Shown in pieces: positions 35,447 through 48,110 of a DNA stretch of 64,000 bases (position 1 is the first letter of the stretch; every line of letters starts with the position of its first letter). The notes under the pieces are model-generated. The model worked only from the letters and a program-made list of their open reading frames with translations. It ran no database searches and was not told the DNA's origin. The DNA comes from the human T2T-CHM13v2.0 reference genome, Homo sapiens. Location: the NCBI RefSeq assembly GCF_009914755.1, contig NC_060938.1; one strand, 5' to 3'. Made by a program: the position numbers and the translations under genes.

Positions 35447-37327
35447 AAGGGACCTCAGTGCCCTTGGTGATGAAGTGCAGAATCCTGGACGAGACTATTC
35501 CTGAGAGCCAGAAGGAAGGGTATTACCTCTCTCCACAGTTTCCAGGGCCTTTACATACACATTTCCATGCTGCTCCTTAGAACAGCTCTGGGGTTTTGGC
35601 TGGTGAGGGCTCATTATACCTATGGTGGTGATGTCGTCAGTGTGTGTCACTGAGACTCAACTGGAGAAGTGAGTTTCCCAAGAGCACACTCAGAAGAACA
35701 GAGCCAGGGCCAAGACTCACATCTTCTGCCTTCTTTATATGATGTTGCCTCTGCAAAACTCATCCTGTGAAGGCAATTCCAATCCCTCCCCACCCTGGGT
35801 TTTAATTTATAAGACATCCTATATGTAAATGGGTCATTCCAAACATCCCTTTTGGCCTATTCCTTTACTTACAAACTATGCCTCCAAGTCCCAAATGGTG
35901 CCAATTCTCAAGGAGAGAAATTTACTCATTATATTTAGAATTTTGAATGAACATTTCACACAGAAACCTGGCTGAAAACAAATATTTCACTTGCCCATAA
36001 TGCAAAACAAAGCTTGGGTTTAAAAATAAACACAGCACTGAAATGACAATTATATTGACGAGAATACCATAAACAAGCCCAGATCCTGATCAGATGCCTC
36101 TCACATGGTGTGCCTACCTTTAACATGTTGGTGTTATACTTTGTCTCCCTATTTAATTAAAACTGTGTACCTAACAAGGGCCATATTGTTCAAGGAGTTT
36201 GTTCTTGCACTTGGCTTTCTATGCAGCCATCAAAACAGCCATGTTTCAAGTTGTATTCCCTGCCAGCTTTGCTAGATTTTGTATTTGCACTTGCAGAGTT
36301 TTTTTTTCTTTTTCTCTTTCAACTTTTATATGGGAACAAATACTTAACCCAGGTCCACCTTCTGAAATCTCATTCTCATCAGAAATTCACCACGTGGGTA
36401 GATTTTTGCATAGCACCTATTTTAGGGGCTCTGCTGTTTCTATTCTGACTGCTCTTGAATTTTTCAACTGTCACTCAGATTTGCCATAGTTCCCCCTTGC
36501 CGTTTCATTAATCAAACACTTCTCATCATGGCGCTCAAGGCCTTTCTTGACAAGACTCTAGCCTGTACCTTTCACAAAAGCATCTCACACACTGTCTATT
36601 AGCAAACATTTAGTCATTTATCCCACAATACATACCAAGTAGCTATTGCATTACAGATGCTGTTTTATTTGCTTCTACTATGTGCACCATGCTGAGAGAG
36701 ATGCATTCCTTCTTTCTCAAGATGTCCACAGTGCATATAGAGGTGAAAAGTGTCAGGTTGGCAGAAGGAAAGGATGAGTTTTTCATTCACAGGATATGGA
36801 AGACAGATTCTGGGAGGGGGTGGTGTTTGGATGGGACTTGAAGGAGGAGCCATTCAAAGACAGAGGTAAGATCAGTGGAACTTTCAAAGGGACAGAGTAT
36901 GAGTCCAGAGTACATGGACTGTTTTTGGAGAATGACCAGTGGTATAGTACATTTGGAACCTTAAAAGTATTTGGGGAAATACATTGATGAACCACACTTG
37001 AAGGGGATCTTGGGGACAGAGTGTGGAGGGCTATGAGTGCCACATCAGAAATTCAGAATATGATTTTATGAGTGCAGGAAGACAGACTGAACTTTGGAGT
37101 GTCCTACACACTAATCAATTCAGATCCCCCATTATTTTCCCAAACATGCCTGGCCTTGCCTGTTTCAGGGCTTCAGTCTTCCTCATCTCCTCTGCCTGGA
37201 ACAGTATTCTTGTATTTCTGCTCATGAATTTCCACCCATTTCTGTATCATCTGCGTATTCCATGCATGGAGTATTCCACGTATTCCATGCGTGGAGTTCT
37301 CCTGAAGTGCTTCTGCCTCCATGAACA

Positions 37328-37330
<3 letters not shown>

Positions 37331-37371
<41 letters not shown>
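37331..37371. repeat. (GT)20 microsatellite
   Basis: Perfect run. Confidence 0.97.
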
Positions 37372-37376
<5 letters not shown>

Positions 37377-38324
37377 CTTTTGCTTCCTGATATGATTGAA
37401 AGCAGATACAGGGAGTAAAAAACACAGAGATTCTTCAACATTTCTAGTCTGCTAATGGCACTCTTGATTGTTTTCACAAACTCATTCTGTTTTCTTGCCT
37501 TGTTTGAAATATATTCCCAGTGATTTTTAATATTTTTCATGAGCAGTAGACTAGTCACCTGTTCAGCCTGCCATCCTGAACTCATAACAAAAGTTCTTTA
37601 AATAGCTTGGAATCACCATTCTACTTTTCTCCCTCACATCACATTTTCCTAAAAAGGATAAAAGTCTTCACCTAACATACAATTAAGACAATACCAGTTT
37701 GTTTTTTTCCTTTCAATGTAGTGAGGTGACATTTCACAAAAACTACAAAAAATATCTAACTGTCCATTGACTTTCCTTGTCCTTCTCTCCCCAGGAAATT
37801 CCACAGTAACAAAGACAGAAAGCTACTCTCACTCTTTCTTTCTGCAGTTCAGGACCACTTTCTTTAGTTTGTGGCTGTTGATACACAGAACCTGGTATAT
37901 GGGAGAGGTCCAATTCATCCTTGTTGAATGAGTGACTATAGGAATTTGTTATCGAGCCCTGAATGTGAGTTGGTGTTGGTGATAGGGAAAGTCTCTTGCT
38001 CCCCTTTGTACTAGTGAATTGGGATTGTATTGGTGATTGAATGTTGGAACTCAGCATTGATCCTGCAGCTAATCTAAGGATGCTGGTGATATTGCAACTG
38101 CAGATACTACAGTACCACCAAACACACAGCAGCACCACCAAGCACTATCCCAGTTAATAGATCCTGTGGGACAACAGCCTATTTATAGCCTATTTCTAAT
38201 GAAGTCAGTTATGAAAAACATAAAAATAAAAATACTCTCTGAATCAAGTAGCAGGAGCAGACTTTCAAGACAAGATGCTGTTTCAGTTGCTTCTGCTTTA
38301 TTTGTTTGAAGATGCAATATTAAT

Positions 38325-38568
38325 AATGACCATTTATTTACTACCTACTATATACTACACACTGGGGTATATGCTTTGCATGGGTTATTGTATTTCAATC
38401 CCACCAAAAATTTAGGAAGCAGATACTGCAATTGTTTCCATTGTTACAGACGTGGACATCAAAATGTGGAGAGTTTAAATGGCTGGTCAAAGTCATGCAT
38501 CAAGTATCACAAAGAACAGGATCTCAGCCTCAGGCATTCTAACATGAGAGTTTGAGTTCTTAACCACT
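38325..38568 (-). mobile_element. MIR SINE
   Basis: ccatttatttactacctacta...gctttgcatgg...ttacagacgtggac...caaagtcatg...tcttaaccact. Confidence 0.7.
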
Positions 38569-40899
38569 GGCCCCCATGCCACCCCTGTGCTGCTCAAGGT
38601 ACCACCCAAAGGCTCAGGGTCAGAATTGCTTAAGCTGTGTATTCCATGGACTCTTTGCAGACCTGTTGGAGCTGAGACCCAAGCATCTAAGTTTTTAATG
38701 TTAGAGGAACAAGTGAATCGTATTCTCACCAAAGATTTGGAGCCACGGCCTTACCTCTTGAGAGCCCAGGATAAGGGGAATCATCGACCTGGACACGTCT
38801 TACAGCCAGGGAAGAGAGGTTTCCTTGAAGCCAGGGAAGAGAACAGTGCAGCTCTTTATGTCATGGGCAGGAGGATGGGCTGGGAGCTCCAGGTAAGAGC
38901 TTCTTTGCCAACAGTAAAGACTTCCCTGATTCCTAACCCAGGAATCTGGTGATGCCCCAGTTCTAGGTGGCAGAGGCTCAGATGACTACAATCTTCTGGA
39001 CTGTCCTCTATTTAAGTCATATGTGGTCTGGAAACAACTTTCTAGGCAAGAGCCAATGCTGAGGGTCTGGTCTGAAGCCCTCCCAGGCTTCTCGTCTTTG
39101 AAAGTGGTGCCTCCATATCTCACATCTGGCACATCCTCCAGCACCTTCAGAGAGAAGTCTTTGTGGGCTCTGCCTCTTTCCCAGCAGTGAGAGGTGGATG
39201 TGGAGGTGATTCTAGTCACAGGCTGGCTCACTGTGGCTGCCTGAGGCATGGTGTGCTCACTGCATCCAGGGTGGCAGCTGAGAGTCATTGGCCTCCACAA
39301 GTAGACAGTGAACTTAAAAAGGCAAGCTTGGTCTGGTTTTTCCACTGAACTTCCCCTTTGGGAAAATTAATCTTTCCCATCAATCAAGATTCTTTAACAG
39401 TTTTTAATGTCCTAATCACTCCTAGGTCTTTTTCTGACCTCCACCTTGTGGGCTTTATCAAGCTTATTAGGGCCTTTGGAAATGTCTTTTTCTCCCCCTT
39501 CAACTTAAAACCTCAAGATTAGCCTCCAGATCTTCTGCTTTTTGAAATTCCGTTCAATACAGAAAATATTTAGAGAATACCATGCCAGACTCTTATTAAG
39601 ACACAGATCTTGTCACAAGAGCAATCATGTTCTAACTGAGAATGGGCAAAATCTCTGAAACCATGAGCTAGCCTAGAAGAATAAGCAAAACATTGCAGGA
39701 AAACAGATGAGGCATTTATTTTATCAAGAGAGGGTTCTTAGTGAGTTGTGATCCCAATTGCATGAGACATCATTTTAGATAGCATTTAATGTTAGCTTTG
39801 TGTCATATTGCCACTTCCCTTACCGTACGCATTTTCCAGAAATCTAGAATGCTCCCTTTAGGTTGTAAAATTAACAGAATGAAGATAATACAGCCAGACT
39901 GTGGACTATTTCAAGGCAGTTACTGTGCCTTACTCCTTGTCCTGTTCCTGGACTAAACTCAGAGCTTCAAGGTATCAGACAAGTGAATGAAGAAGTGAGG
40001 ATGGAATCCTTCCTATGATCGTAAATGACCCTTAATATTTGCAGTATATTTTCCAAGTTTCAGAATCTTATCACATACTCTAGCATGTTTTATTCTTGTA
40101 CATATTCTGTGAATAAGAAAGTGAGGTATCATTTTTATAATGAAATTCAGCTTTCACCAGCCTAAATGCAGAGACCTGGAAGAGGCCAGGTTTGGACTTG
40201 ATCTCTGATCTGCCTGGCTTTTGATTCTACACAGATTCCCCTATATCACCTGAGGAATTAGAGTTGAGTATTATTATTACTATAACTGAATATTTTTCAT
40301 GGATTATTAATCTTTTTTCCTGAGTTGCAATTCATGGATTATTAGTCTTTTTACTATTTGTGATAATTAGCATATGGTAAAAGCAAAAGAATGTTCAGAC
40401 AAAATGACTTCACTTGATTCTAATGTTTGATTTGAGAATTTATGTTTGGTGAGTGATGATGTTCATTTCGTTGGAATTTCAGAGCCAATAGGCATGGCTG
40501 ATCATATTAACACCCTCCCCTCTTGACTTCCTGCTTATCACAGGCTACTGTCATACTCCTTTGTCACCGTGGTTTCTGCACTTCAGGATTCTTCTGTGAA
40601 TCCTTCTCTTTTTTATCTAAAAGGTGGTCCTGCTTAGGTCTTGATCTTCAGCCCCTTCTCTATGCCCTTTCCCTATTCCATTTCATCCAACTCTCTTGGC
40701 TTATTTACATTGTTAAGCCCATGGAGTCTCAATTTTTATCTCTAGTATGAACTTTAGTCCGTCATATCCAAATGCTTACTTGGAATCTCACAGACCTTCT
40801 TATTTCATTCAGTAAGTATGCACTCATTACTTACTACATATTTGGTACTCTTCCAGGCATTGAGAATACAGCAAGGAAAAGACTTAAGGTAACTTATCC

Positions 40900-41832
40900 A
40901 TCCATAACTTATTAAAGTGGAACTTCATTTTTCATCTGTGAAACCTGTTCTCTGGTTTGTCTTAACTTAATAAATGAAGTGCCATTCATCCAGTGTTCTA
41001 GATGAAAGCCTGGGAGTTGCCACAATTCTTTCATTTCTTTGACTTCTCAAATCCAGTCCATCAACAAGTTCTGTCAGTCCTAATCTTAACATTACTCTCA
41101 AGTTCTTCCCCTTCTCTCCATGTCTGTTGCAACTACAACTAGTCCACGAAGATCACCATCGTCTCTTATCCAGATGACTGCAATAGTCTCCTGACTTCCT
41201 GTCTTGGTGCTTCTGTCCCTTTTGCACACCACAGGAAGAGTGACCTTGAAGTATGTCACTGGACCACACCATTCCCTGATGAAAACCACTGATGCCTTTT
41301 CTTTGTATTTGGGAAACAATTCAAACTGTTAGCATGGCCTTCCCATATGTCTTCTGGGCAATCTGACCCCTGGGCGCATCTCCAAACTCATCTCACATAA
41401 TTCCTTCATCATCTACCACCCCCTAGTCACATTAGTATGCATACTGGTCCTTGAATACACCAATGCTCTTTCACATTTCAGAGTCTTCCCATACACCATT
41501 CCCTCTGCCTGGAATATCCCTTTTTCTTCTGTTTGTTGCTTGCTTCTTTTTCAACTTTTGAGCTGAGCTTAATGATCTCCTCAGAGAGGGCTTCTTTGAT
41601 TGTTCTTTTTTTTTTCTGTTCCAATACTTTATTCTTTATAGAATTTAGCACAACTCATGATCATTTTACTGATATTTGTGGTTTAGGTTTTTAAAAATAT
41701 CTTTTTCTACTAAAATATAAGCCCATTACAGGTAGACTTTGTGTTATCTTGTTCATCGGTTTTATGCCTAGTGATTAATCCAATGCCTGATATGTAGCAG
41801 GCCCACAATAAACACTTCTTGATTGAATAAAC
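40900..41832 (+). mobile_element. L2 LINE 3' portion (upstream pieces from ~40520)
   Basis: ccattcatccag...atccagtccatcaacaagttctgtc...gcaatagtctcctgact...ccctctgcctggaat...gcctgatatgtagcaggc..caataaa..ttgattgaat. Confidence 0.8.
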
Positions 41833-44800
41833 GATTATTTTGCCACATGAAAGACTAACAACTGAGATTTTGCTTAAATTTCATCAAATATCTAAGGCAA
41901 CTTATTGATTTTTTTCTGAGGAAAACATAAATAATAACTGGGCTCAGTGACATTTTTAATAGTCATGAAATAATTACAGAAAAGTCTTCATCTAAGCATA
42001 CAGTCAATAAGTGTTAATATTGTCTCTCTTCCAGACCAGGGTGTCACATGAAGAGATGTTTAGGGAGCTACTTTATATGGTTTCTGAGATTGCATGTAAT
42101 GACATTTATCATTTGCCCATGCAAATGTGATTTAATCTTAGTCGGTGATCCTTTATCAGTCCCTCCTCTGTGCGAGATTCCACGGGCAAAAGTTGAATAT
42201 ATGAGTCTTGGAGGAGCATCCAACCTGCAGAAAGGGACCACGACGATTTCAGACCTAACTCAAGGGAGATGATAAGAATGTAGCAGTCTTTGGTACAGAT
42301 ATGGAAACATATATATGTTTTGATAACACAGAAAAAAGAGATTGAATTTTCCCCTAGGAAAAGAGGGACAGTAATGGCATTTTTGTTGTGTCATGGGGAT
42401 GAAATAATATCAGGATGAGAAAAGGGGAGAAGGGAAACCAAAAGAAGCCGGATGCACTGGCATCTACGTCACAGATTGAGAAGCATGTTCCATATCTTTT
42501 CCAACTCCATAATCCTGTGGGCCAATAGTACAGGGATTTCTAATGTTTTGTGATTTTTGTTGTTGTCTGTTTACTTGTTTTTACCAAGGGAATTAAAAAT
42601 CAGAGGATCAGTGAGTTTTCCTAAGGACACTCGACTCCTAGCAGTGAGAGGTCTTCAATCACGGCTTGTGGATCTAGGCTTCTGAACCTAGCTCTGTGCT
42701 AGCCTGTCCCATGCAGATGTTGAATTAAACGGGTGGCTTCAGATCCCCCTTCACTTTTCTACTCCCTCCCACCAGTCTGAGAAACACTCTGTGATGATTG
42801 ATTTCCTCGCAGAATGTGGGTCCCAAATAGCCAATAGTGTCACCTGTCAACAAATTTCCCAAACTTTAAGGGGCAAAGTTTTAACTTTTTAAACATTCTC
42901 AAAATCAGAGAAAATGTCTACAACTCCTACATGCTGGGCCCGCTCAGCTTACACAATGTAGTGTGGACTCTGCAGTAACTGGTTATTTCACAAAGCCATG
43001 GGCTTCTGCTCACCTTCCCTTCCAGAGTGCTCTGTACGCTGCCAGAACCCTTTCTCTGGAATGGAATCATTTAAGGCTGTTGAAGGCTTCTCTCTCCTAA
43101 CTGGCTGGTAACCAAATGTTGGCAAGATGACAGCCATCTAATGCAGTGCCCAGGGTCTCAGAGAGGAGAGGTGGGAGCAAGGATAACATCTAAGGCTGCT
43201 CATTATTGCAAGCACCTAGTATTGAAGGAGGCCATCACTTGGATCTGGAACTAATGCTTTTTGTTGCAACATATTGTGCTGGCGCTAGGAGGAGGCTGGC
43301 ACTAGGCGAGAAAGCATAACGATAAGGTGGATGCCAAGTGCTTCTGTGAAGATGAGACAGATCCCCGTTTCATAGAACTGTCTTAATCAAAGAACCTCAA
43401 GAGCCCGCCCCTCCTCAATATACACATTCTGTCCCATGTATTATTCTAATCCTCACTCAAACCACCCAACCACCTCATACCTATGTACACACACCCACTT
43501 CCCACTAAACTTCCTGATGGCAAGAGCAAGGACTAGAGAGGGCAAGGACATTCAGGGCCCGCTAATATAAATGTAACTATCTAATAGATCAATTCCAGAA
43601 AGATAACAGGGCGCAGGCTTTGAGAGGCTGAGAAGAATTGAATTTCCTTGTCTAACAGAAGATCCGGCTCTTTCTCTTGTCTACTAAAAAAGGCTGGGCA
43701 TTAGCACGCCAGGTTCTCAGAGAACTCGCCAGCAGAGAGGCATCAGGTGGACTCTGGAGAAGGTCAGACCTGTGACCAGTGAGTTATGGGCACCCAAGAG
43801 ATGGCTGAGATTTGAGTTTACATCACTGCCTCCTCTGCTAGTGTGACTGCATCCTCCTTCCATCATCAAAACCCTCGTTTAACCTTGGCCTTGAATTCAG
43901 GCCAGCTACATGCAATGGTGTGTGCTAGCTGTGCTATGAGGAAGTAGATCCCTGCGGTGGTGGTGAGGAAAGACTAAGGTACATGATTCTGAGGCAAGCT
44001 GGGGGATGGAGAAACCAGCAAGATCAAAAATAAAGAGGAAGAAGAGGCTGTGAGAGCCTGGGCATCCGATGCTCTTGACTCAGAAAACCATAAAAGTCTT
44101 GGAGAAGATTCCAGTGCTCCACAGAGCTCTGGGGTCCCAAGGTTGAGATGTAGGCTGAAGGGAGGGGGCTGAGGAAGCTGTGCAATCCATCTGCAAGAAA
44201 CTGGACACAAGGCCCAGCCCAGCTCAGCAGGGCTACAGACTCCACAAAGGCCTTGGGAGCCAAGCAGGGGGCAGGTGCTTGTGGTATACCCTGGGCCGCC
44301 GTCAAGCTTCCAAGTCTCCCAGGAGGCCAGTGCTGGCCACCTCCCAGCCTCTCTCTAGCCCATCAGTACCCCAACCTTCCAGTGTCTTCTGCTTGGTCTC
44401 CTGCCTCATTTACTTAACCCTTCAAGCTGAATTGGTTGTCCTGGGCTCTGAACCCAGGCAACCAACAGAGCAGAGCATTAGCTTTCGTGTTAATGGCAAA
44501 TGGGGGAAGAAGTATCCAGAGGAAGATCTGAATAGTTTCCATGAACTTAGAAAAATAACCAAACCTAACAAAAGACTGAGCTCTGTGCATTCTACAATGC
44601 AATCGCTCATTCATTCATTTATCCCAACTCACTCATCTCTTCAGCCTCACCCCCCTCTCACACACGTGCTCCCTTACTGAGCATTGCAGTCCAGCCTGAC
44701 ATCTCAATGGAGTTGTTTTTCTGTTGTCTTTCCTCTTTCACCCCAACCCCTATTTGTTCCTTTCCTCCTCTCCTTTCCCTCCCAATGGCAGTTTTTTTTT

Positions 44801-44941
44801 TTTAATTTCAGAAGAAAACTTACAAAAATTGTTGAAACATTCACTACAAAGCAAAACCTTATTTTTTTTTTAACATTCAGCAGAGAGCTCCTCGCCCCCA
44901 ACCCCACAAAAAACCGGCAGCCATGTCAAAGACACTGCCTC

Positions 44942-45125
44942 CCCCTTTGACATTCATGCAGTGCTCTGAGTCAGCTGGGGTCTCCGCTCTGACAAATTTG
45001 CATCTCTTTGAATGTGACGCTTGAAAAAAGCCGGAGCCGCTAGATTAAATTTTTTTTTCCGTCGAGAAAATGAGAAAAGCCTCTATCTCTCGGCAGAGTC
45101 TACTGGGAAGATCTTTATTCTGATT
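44942..45125. promoter_or_regulatory. Putative enhancer module, copy B of a duplicated non-coding element (CpG-richer copy)
   Basis: Aligns to 29093-29268; 7 CpG within the element and raised CpG density over 44890-45290. Confidence 0.5.
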
Positions 45126-45772
45126 CTTGTTAGAATTGTTTATCACCCTGACAGGCCAGACTCGGACGAGATAAAGGCTCCGCTGCATCACGGGGCCTGA
45201 CAGTGGTAGGACATGCAGAAAAATGAAAGAAGCTGGAGAAAATATTATTAATAGATGCCGACTTGCTTTGCCTGCACGGCACGTCAGGGAAGGGAGAGGG
45301 GAGCCATGGCTTGATTGCAGGCCTATGAAGTTCTGTCCAAAAAAGAAGCTATTTTTCATTAAGTGATAGAAGGGCCTTTTTCATGTTCTTTCCTTAGGAG
45401 CTGATAACTTATGCAGGGTTATTCTAACCCTGCTGATTTCTGTCAGGGGAAGAAAACTCCTGAAAGATGGCTTTGACATGTCCTTTTCAGGGAAAGAAGG
45501 CTGGTTTGACAGACACACAAGCAGTCGGGAGGCCTGGCCTGGATAGGCTCAAGGTCCCCAGATTCTGGTCGGGCATGTGTTCTTGTGTCTAGGATAGATG
45601 GGGAAGGGGAAAGAAAGACTAAGCCAAGAGCCCCTCAGCCTCGAGGGGGGCTCTCTGCCTTATGAATGTAAGGCTTCCTCAAGTGGGTCTGTGTGTATGA
45701 CTCCCTTCCTGGAAATACACCCTTGGTGCTTCCATAAGTTGATGCCTTCCCAGCCACATTGCCGTTTACTGC

Positions 45773-46166
45773 TGTATCAGTCTGCTTGGGATGCCAAAGC
45801 AAAATACCACACACTGGATGGCTGCAACAAGAGAAATGTATATTCTCGCAATTATGGAGGCTGAAAGTCCAAGATCAAGGTTCTGGTAGGGTTGGTTTCT
45901 CTGGAGGCCTCAGTCCTTGGCTTACAAATGGCTTTCTCCTTGCTGTGTCCTCACGGGCCCTTCTTCTGTGCACGCACACTCTTCTCATCTCTTTCTCTTC
46001 TTATAAGGGCACCAGTCCAATTGGGTTACAGCCTCAGCCTCATGAACACATTTAACTTTACTTGCCTTCTTACAGGTCATTCCTCCAAATAAAGTTACAC
46101 TCTGAGCAACTAGGGCTTAGGACTTCAAAGTATTAATTTTGGGGAGACACAAATGAGTCCATAAGA
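45773..46166 (-). mobile_element. MLT1B-like MaLR solo LTR
   Basis: tgtatcagtc...aaataccacacactgg...ggaggctgaaagtccaagatcaagg...cttcttataagggcaccagtc...ggggagacaca. Confidence 0.85.
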
Positions 46167-46885
46167 ATGATGCAGCAATTTCTTCCATCTTTGTTTTTCT
46201 GGATTCAGGCAGCAGAATCTGAGAGTGGGACCTGATGCCAAGGCAGTCCTGCAGTGTCCCTAAGGAAAAGCTTATTCTTAGGGCTGGAAGCTATGCAGAT
46301 TTGTCTCAGTCAGCTGGCCCCTGGCACCAAGGAGAAGGCCCTTGTGAGGAAGGTGGGGAAGGTGGCCTCTGACAATCCTTTTTCCCTGATGGGACAGCTG
46401 TAGTGGGAGAAGAGCCATGGCATGCCTCAGCACTTGGACTGGTAGCTGAGTGACCCAAGGCAAGTTGCTTAACCCTCTGCGCATTGGTTTCCTCTCCTGT
46501 AGAGGTGGTAGCATTTCTGTTGATGCCTAAACTGAATGGGGACTGAATGAGATAAGGGGACGTGATAGCTCCTCATCTAAGCTGGAGGATCGTGTAGATT
46601 ATAAAGGATAATTACAATTGCTGAGGGGTGGGCACATGGTGGGTGTTTCCACCTGTCAGGCAGCACTGCCATGGGTAACCCAGTGAGTCTGGGCATGTGA
46701 ACTTTGTCCAACTTTGGTCTCAGCCATGAATCTGTAGGGGATTTATCTCCAGAGTTTTGTGGGAACTGGTGAATTTTCTCTGTAATCTGAGTCCTGATGC
46801 TGAATCTCCTCCTTCCCCAACCCAGAAGCCAGAAGGCTGGCTGAGGGCTCTGTGACAACTCAGTCGGACACCCACTAACACCAGG

Positions 46886-47228
46886 GGTATTCATCCATTT
46901 CACACTGCTATAACTAACTGGCCGAGACTAGGTAATTTATAAAGGAAAGAGGTTTAATTGACTCACAGTTCAGCATGGCTGGGGAGGCTTATAATCACAG
47001 TGGAAGGTGAAGGGGAAGCAAGGCAGCAGGAAGGAGATTGATCACAGGATGAACTACCAAACACTTATAAAACCATCAGATCTCATGAGAACTCACTCAA
47101 TATCAGGAGAACAGCATGGGGGAAACTGCCCCCATGATTCAGTTACCTCCACCTGTTCTCTCCCTTGACACATGGAGATTATAATTCAAGATAAAATTTG
47201 GGTGGGGACACAAAGCCAAACCATGTCA
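46886..47228 (-). mobile_element. THE1 (D-like) MaLR solo LTR
   Basis: ggtaatttataaaggaaagaggtttaattgactcacagtt...aaaccatcagatctcatgagaactcact...ccaaaccatgtca; perfect TSD CCAGG. Confidence 0.9.
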
Positions 47229-47384
47229 CCAGGAAATGGCAAAATTCACTCAATTTAACAGTTTGGGGTCTGTGGGAAGAACCTCAGTGAAACTGGAGGT
47301 GAGCGATGTGGTTCAGGCATTTCCATTTCAGTGGGATTCATGGAGCATCTGGGATGACCAAAGACCTTGTGCATAAGGGACTAG

Positions 47385-47590
47385 ACTTATGTAGACATAG
47401 GTGACACATTTGCCTTTTCTGTGTCATTTACTACTTTAGAACATGACTTAATTTTTCAAACATGACTTAACTTTTTCAAGCTTCAGCGTCCTTGTTTCTC
47501 AAATGGGTAATACTGGAGACAGCTGTATTAATAAAGTGTATACATTGTTGGCATGACTCCTGAAGTTAATAAGTGCTCAGTTTGCAGTTG
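47385..47590 (+). mobile_element. MIR SINE
   Basis: catgacttaactttttcaagcttcagcgtccttgtttctcaaatgggtaata...taagtgctcag. Confidence 0.55.
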
Positions 47591-47592
47591 TC

Positions 47593-47915
47593 ATGATGTT
47601 GTTGTTGCTGTTGACAACGGTGATGATAATGTTTGATGACGATGGTGATGGCGATGACAGCAATGATGGTGATAATGATGACAATGATGATAATGATGAT
47701 GATGGCAGTGATGATGGTGATGATGACCATGATGATGAAGAAGATGATGATGAAAGTGATGACAATGATGATGACGATGATGATGATAGTGACATGAGGA
47801 TGTTGGCAATAATGATAACAATGATGGTGGTGATGATGACAATGATGAAGGTAACGACTGATGATGATGATGGTGATAACAATGATGATGATGAGGATGG
47901 TGATGGTGAGGATGG
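47593..47915. repeat. Degenerate (GAT/GAC/GGT)n trinucleotide low-complexity tract
   Basis: ~320 bp of in-phase GAT-like triplets. Confidence 0.92.
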
Positions 47916-47919
47916 ACAT

Positions 47920-48110
47920 AGTTATTTGCTTGATAACTAACACATGCACAACACTGAAACGTGTGCTGGACAGTACCCTGGATCTTTCTGTGCTTTGTCT
48001 CATTTAATGCTCAACTTTAATGAGTAGGCATCCTTTTTATCCCCACTTTAACGATGAAAACCTTGATGTTCAAGAAAGGTCAATGAATTGTCCTGGGTCA
48101 TACAACCAGT
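47920..48110 (-). mobile_element. MIR SINE
   Basis: tctcatttaatgctcaac...atccccactttaacgatgaaaac...aggtcaatgaattgtcctgggtcatacaaccagtaag. Confidence 0.7.

Noticed and set aside
44180-44680. 166-aa ORF next to duplicated element copy B
   Set aside because: No recognisable domain, non-ATG start, runs into an L2-like ttcattcatt tail; consistent with chance.
47566-48003. Four overlapping ORFs with poly-Ile, Ser, His and Asp tracts
   Set aside because: All arise from the degenerate (GAT)n repeat; there is no splice or promoter context.
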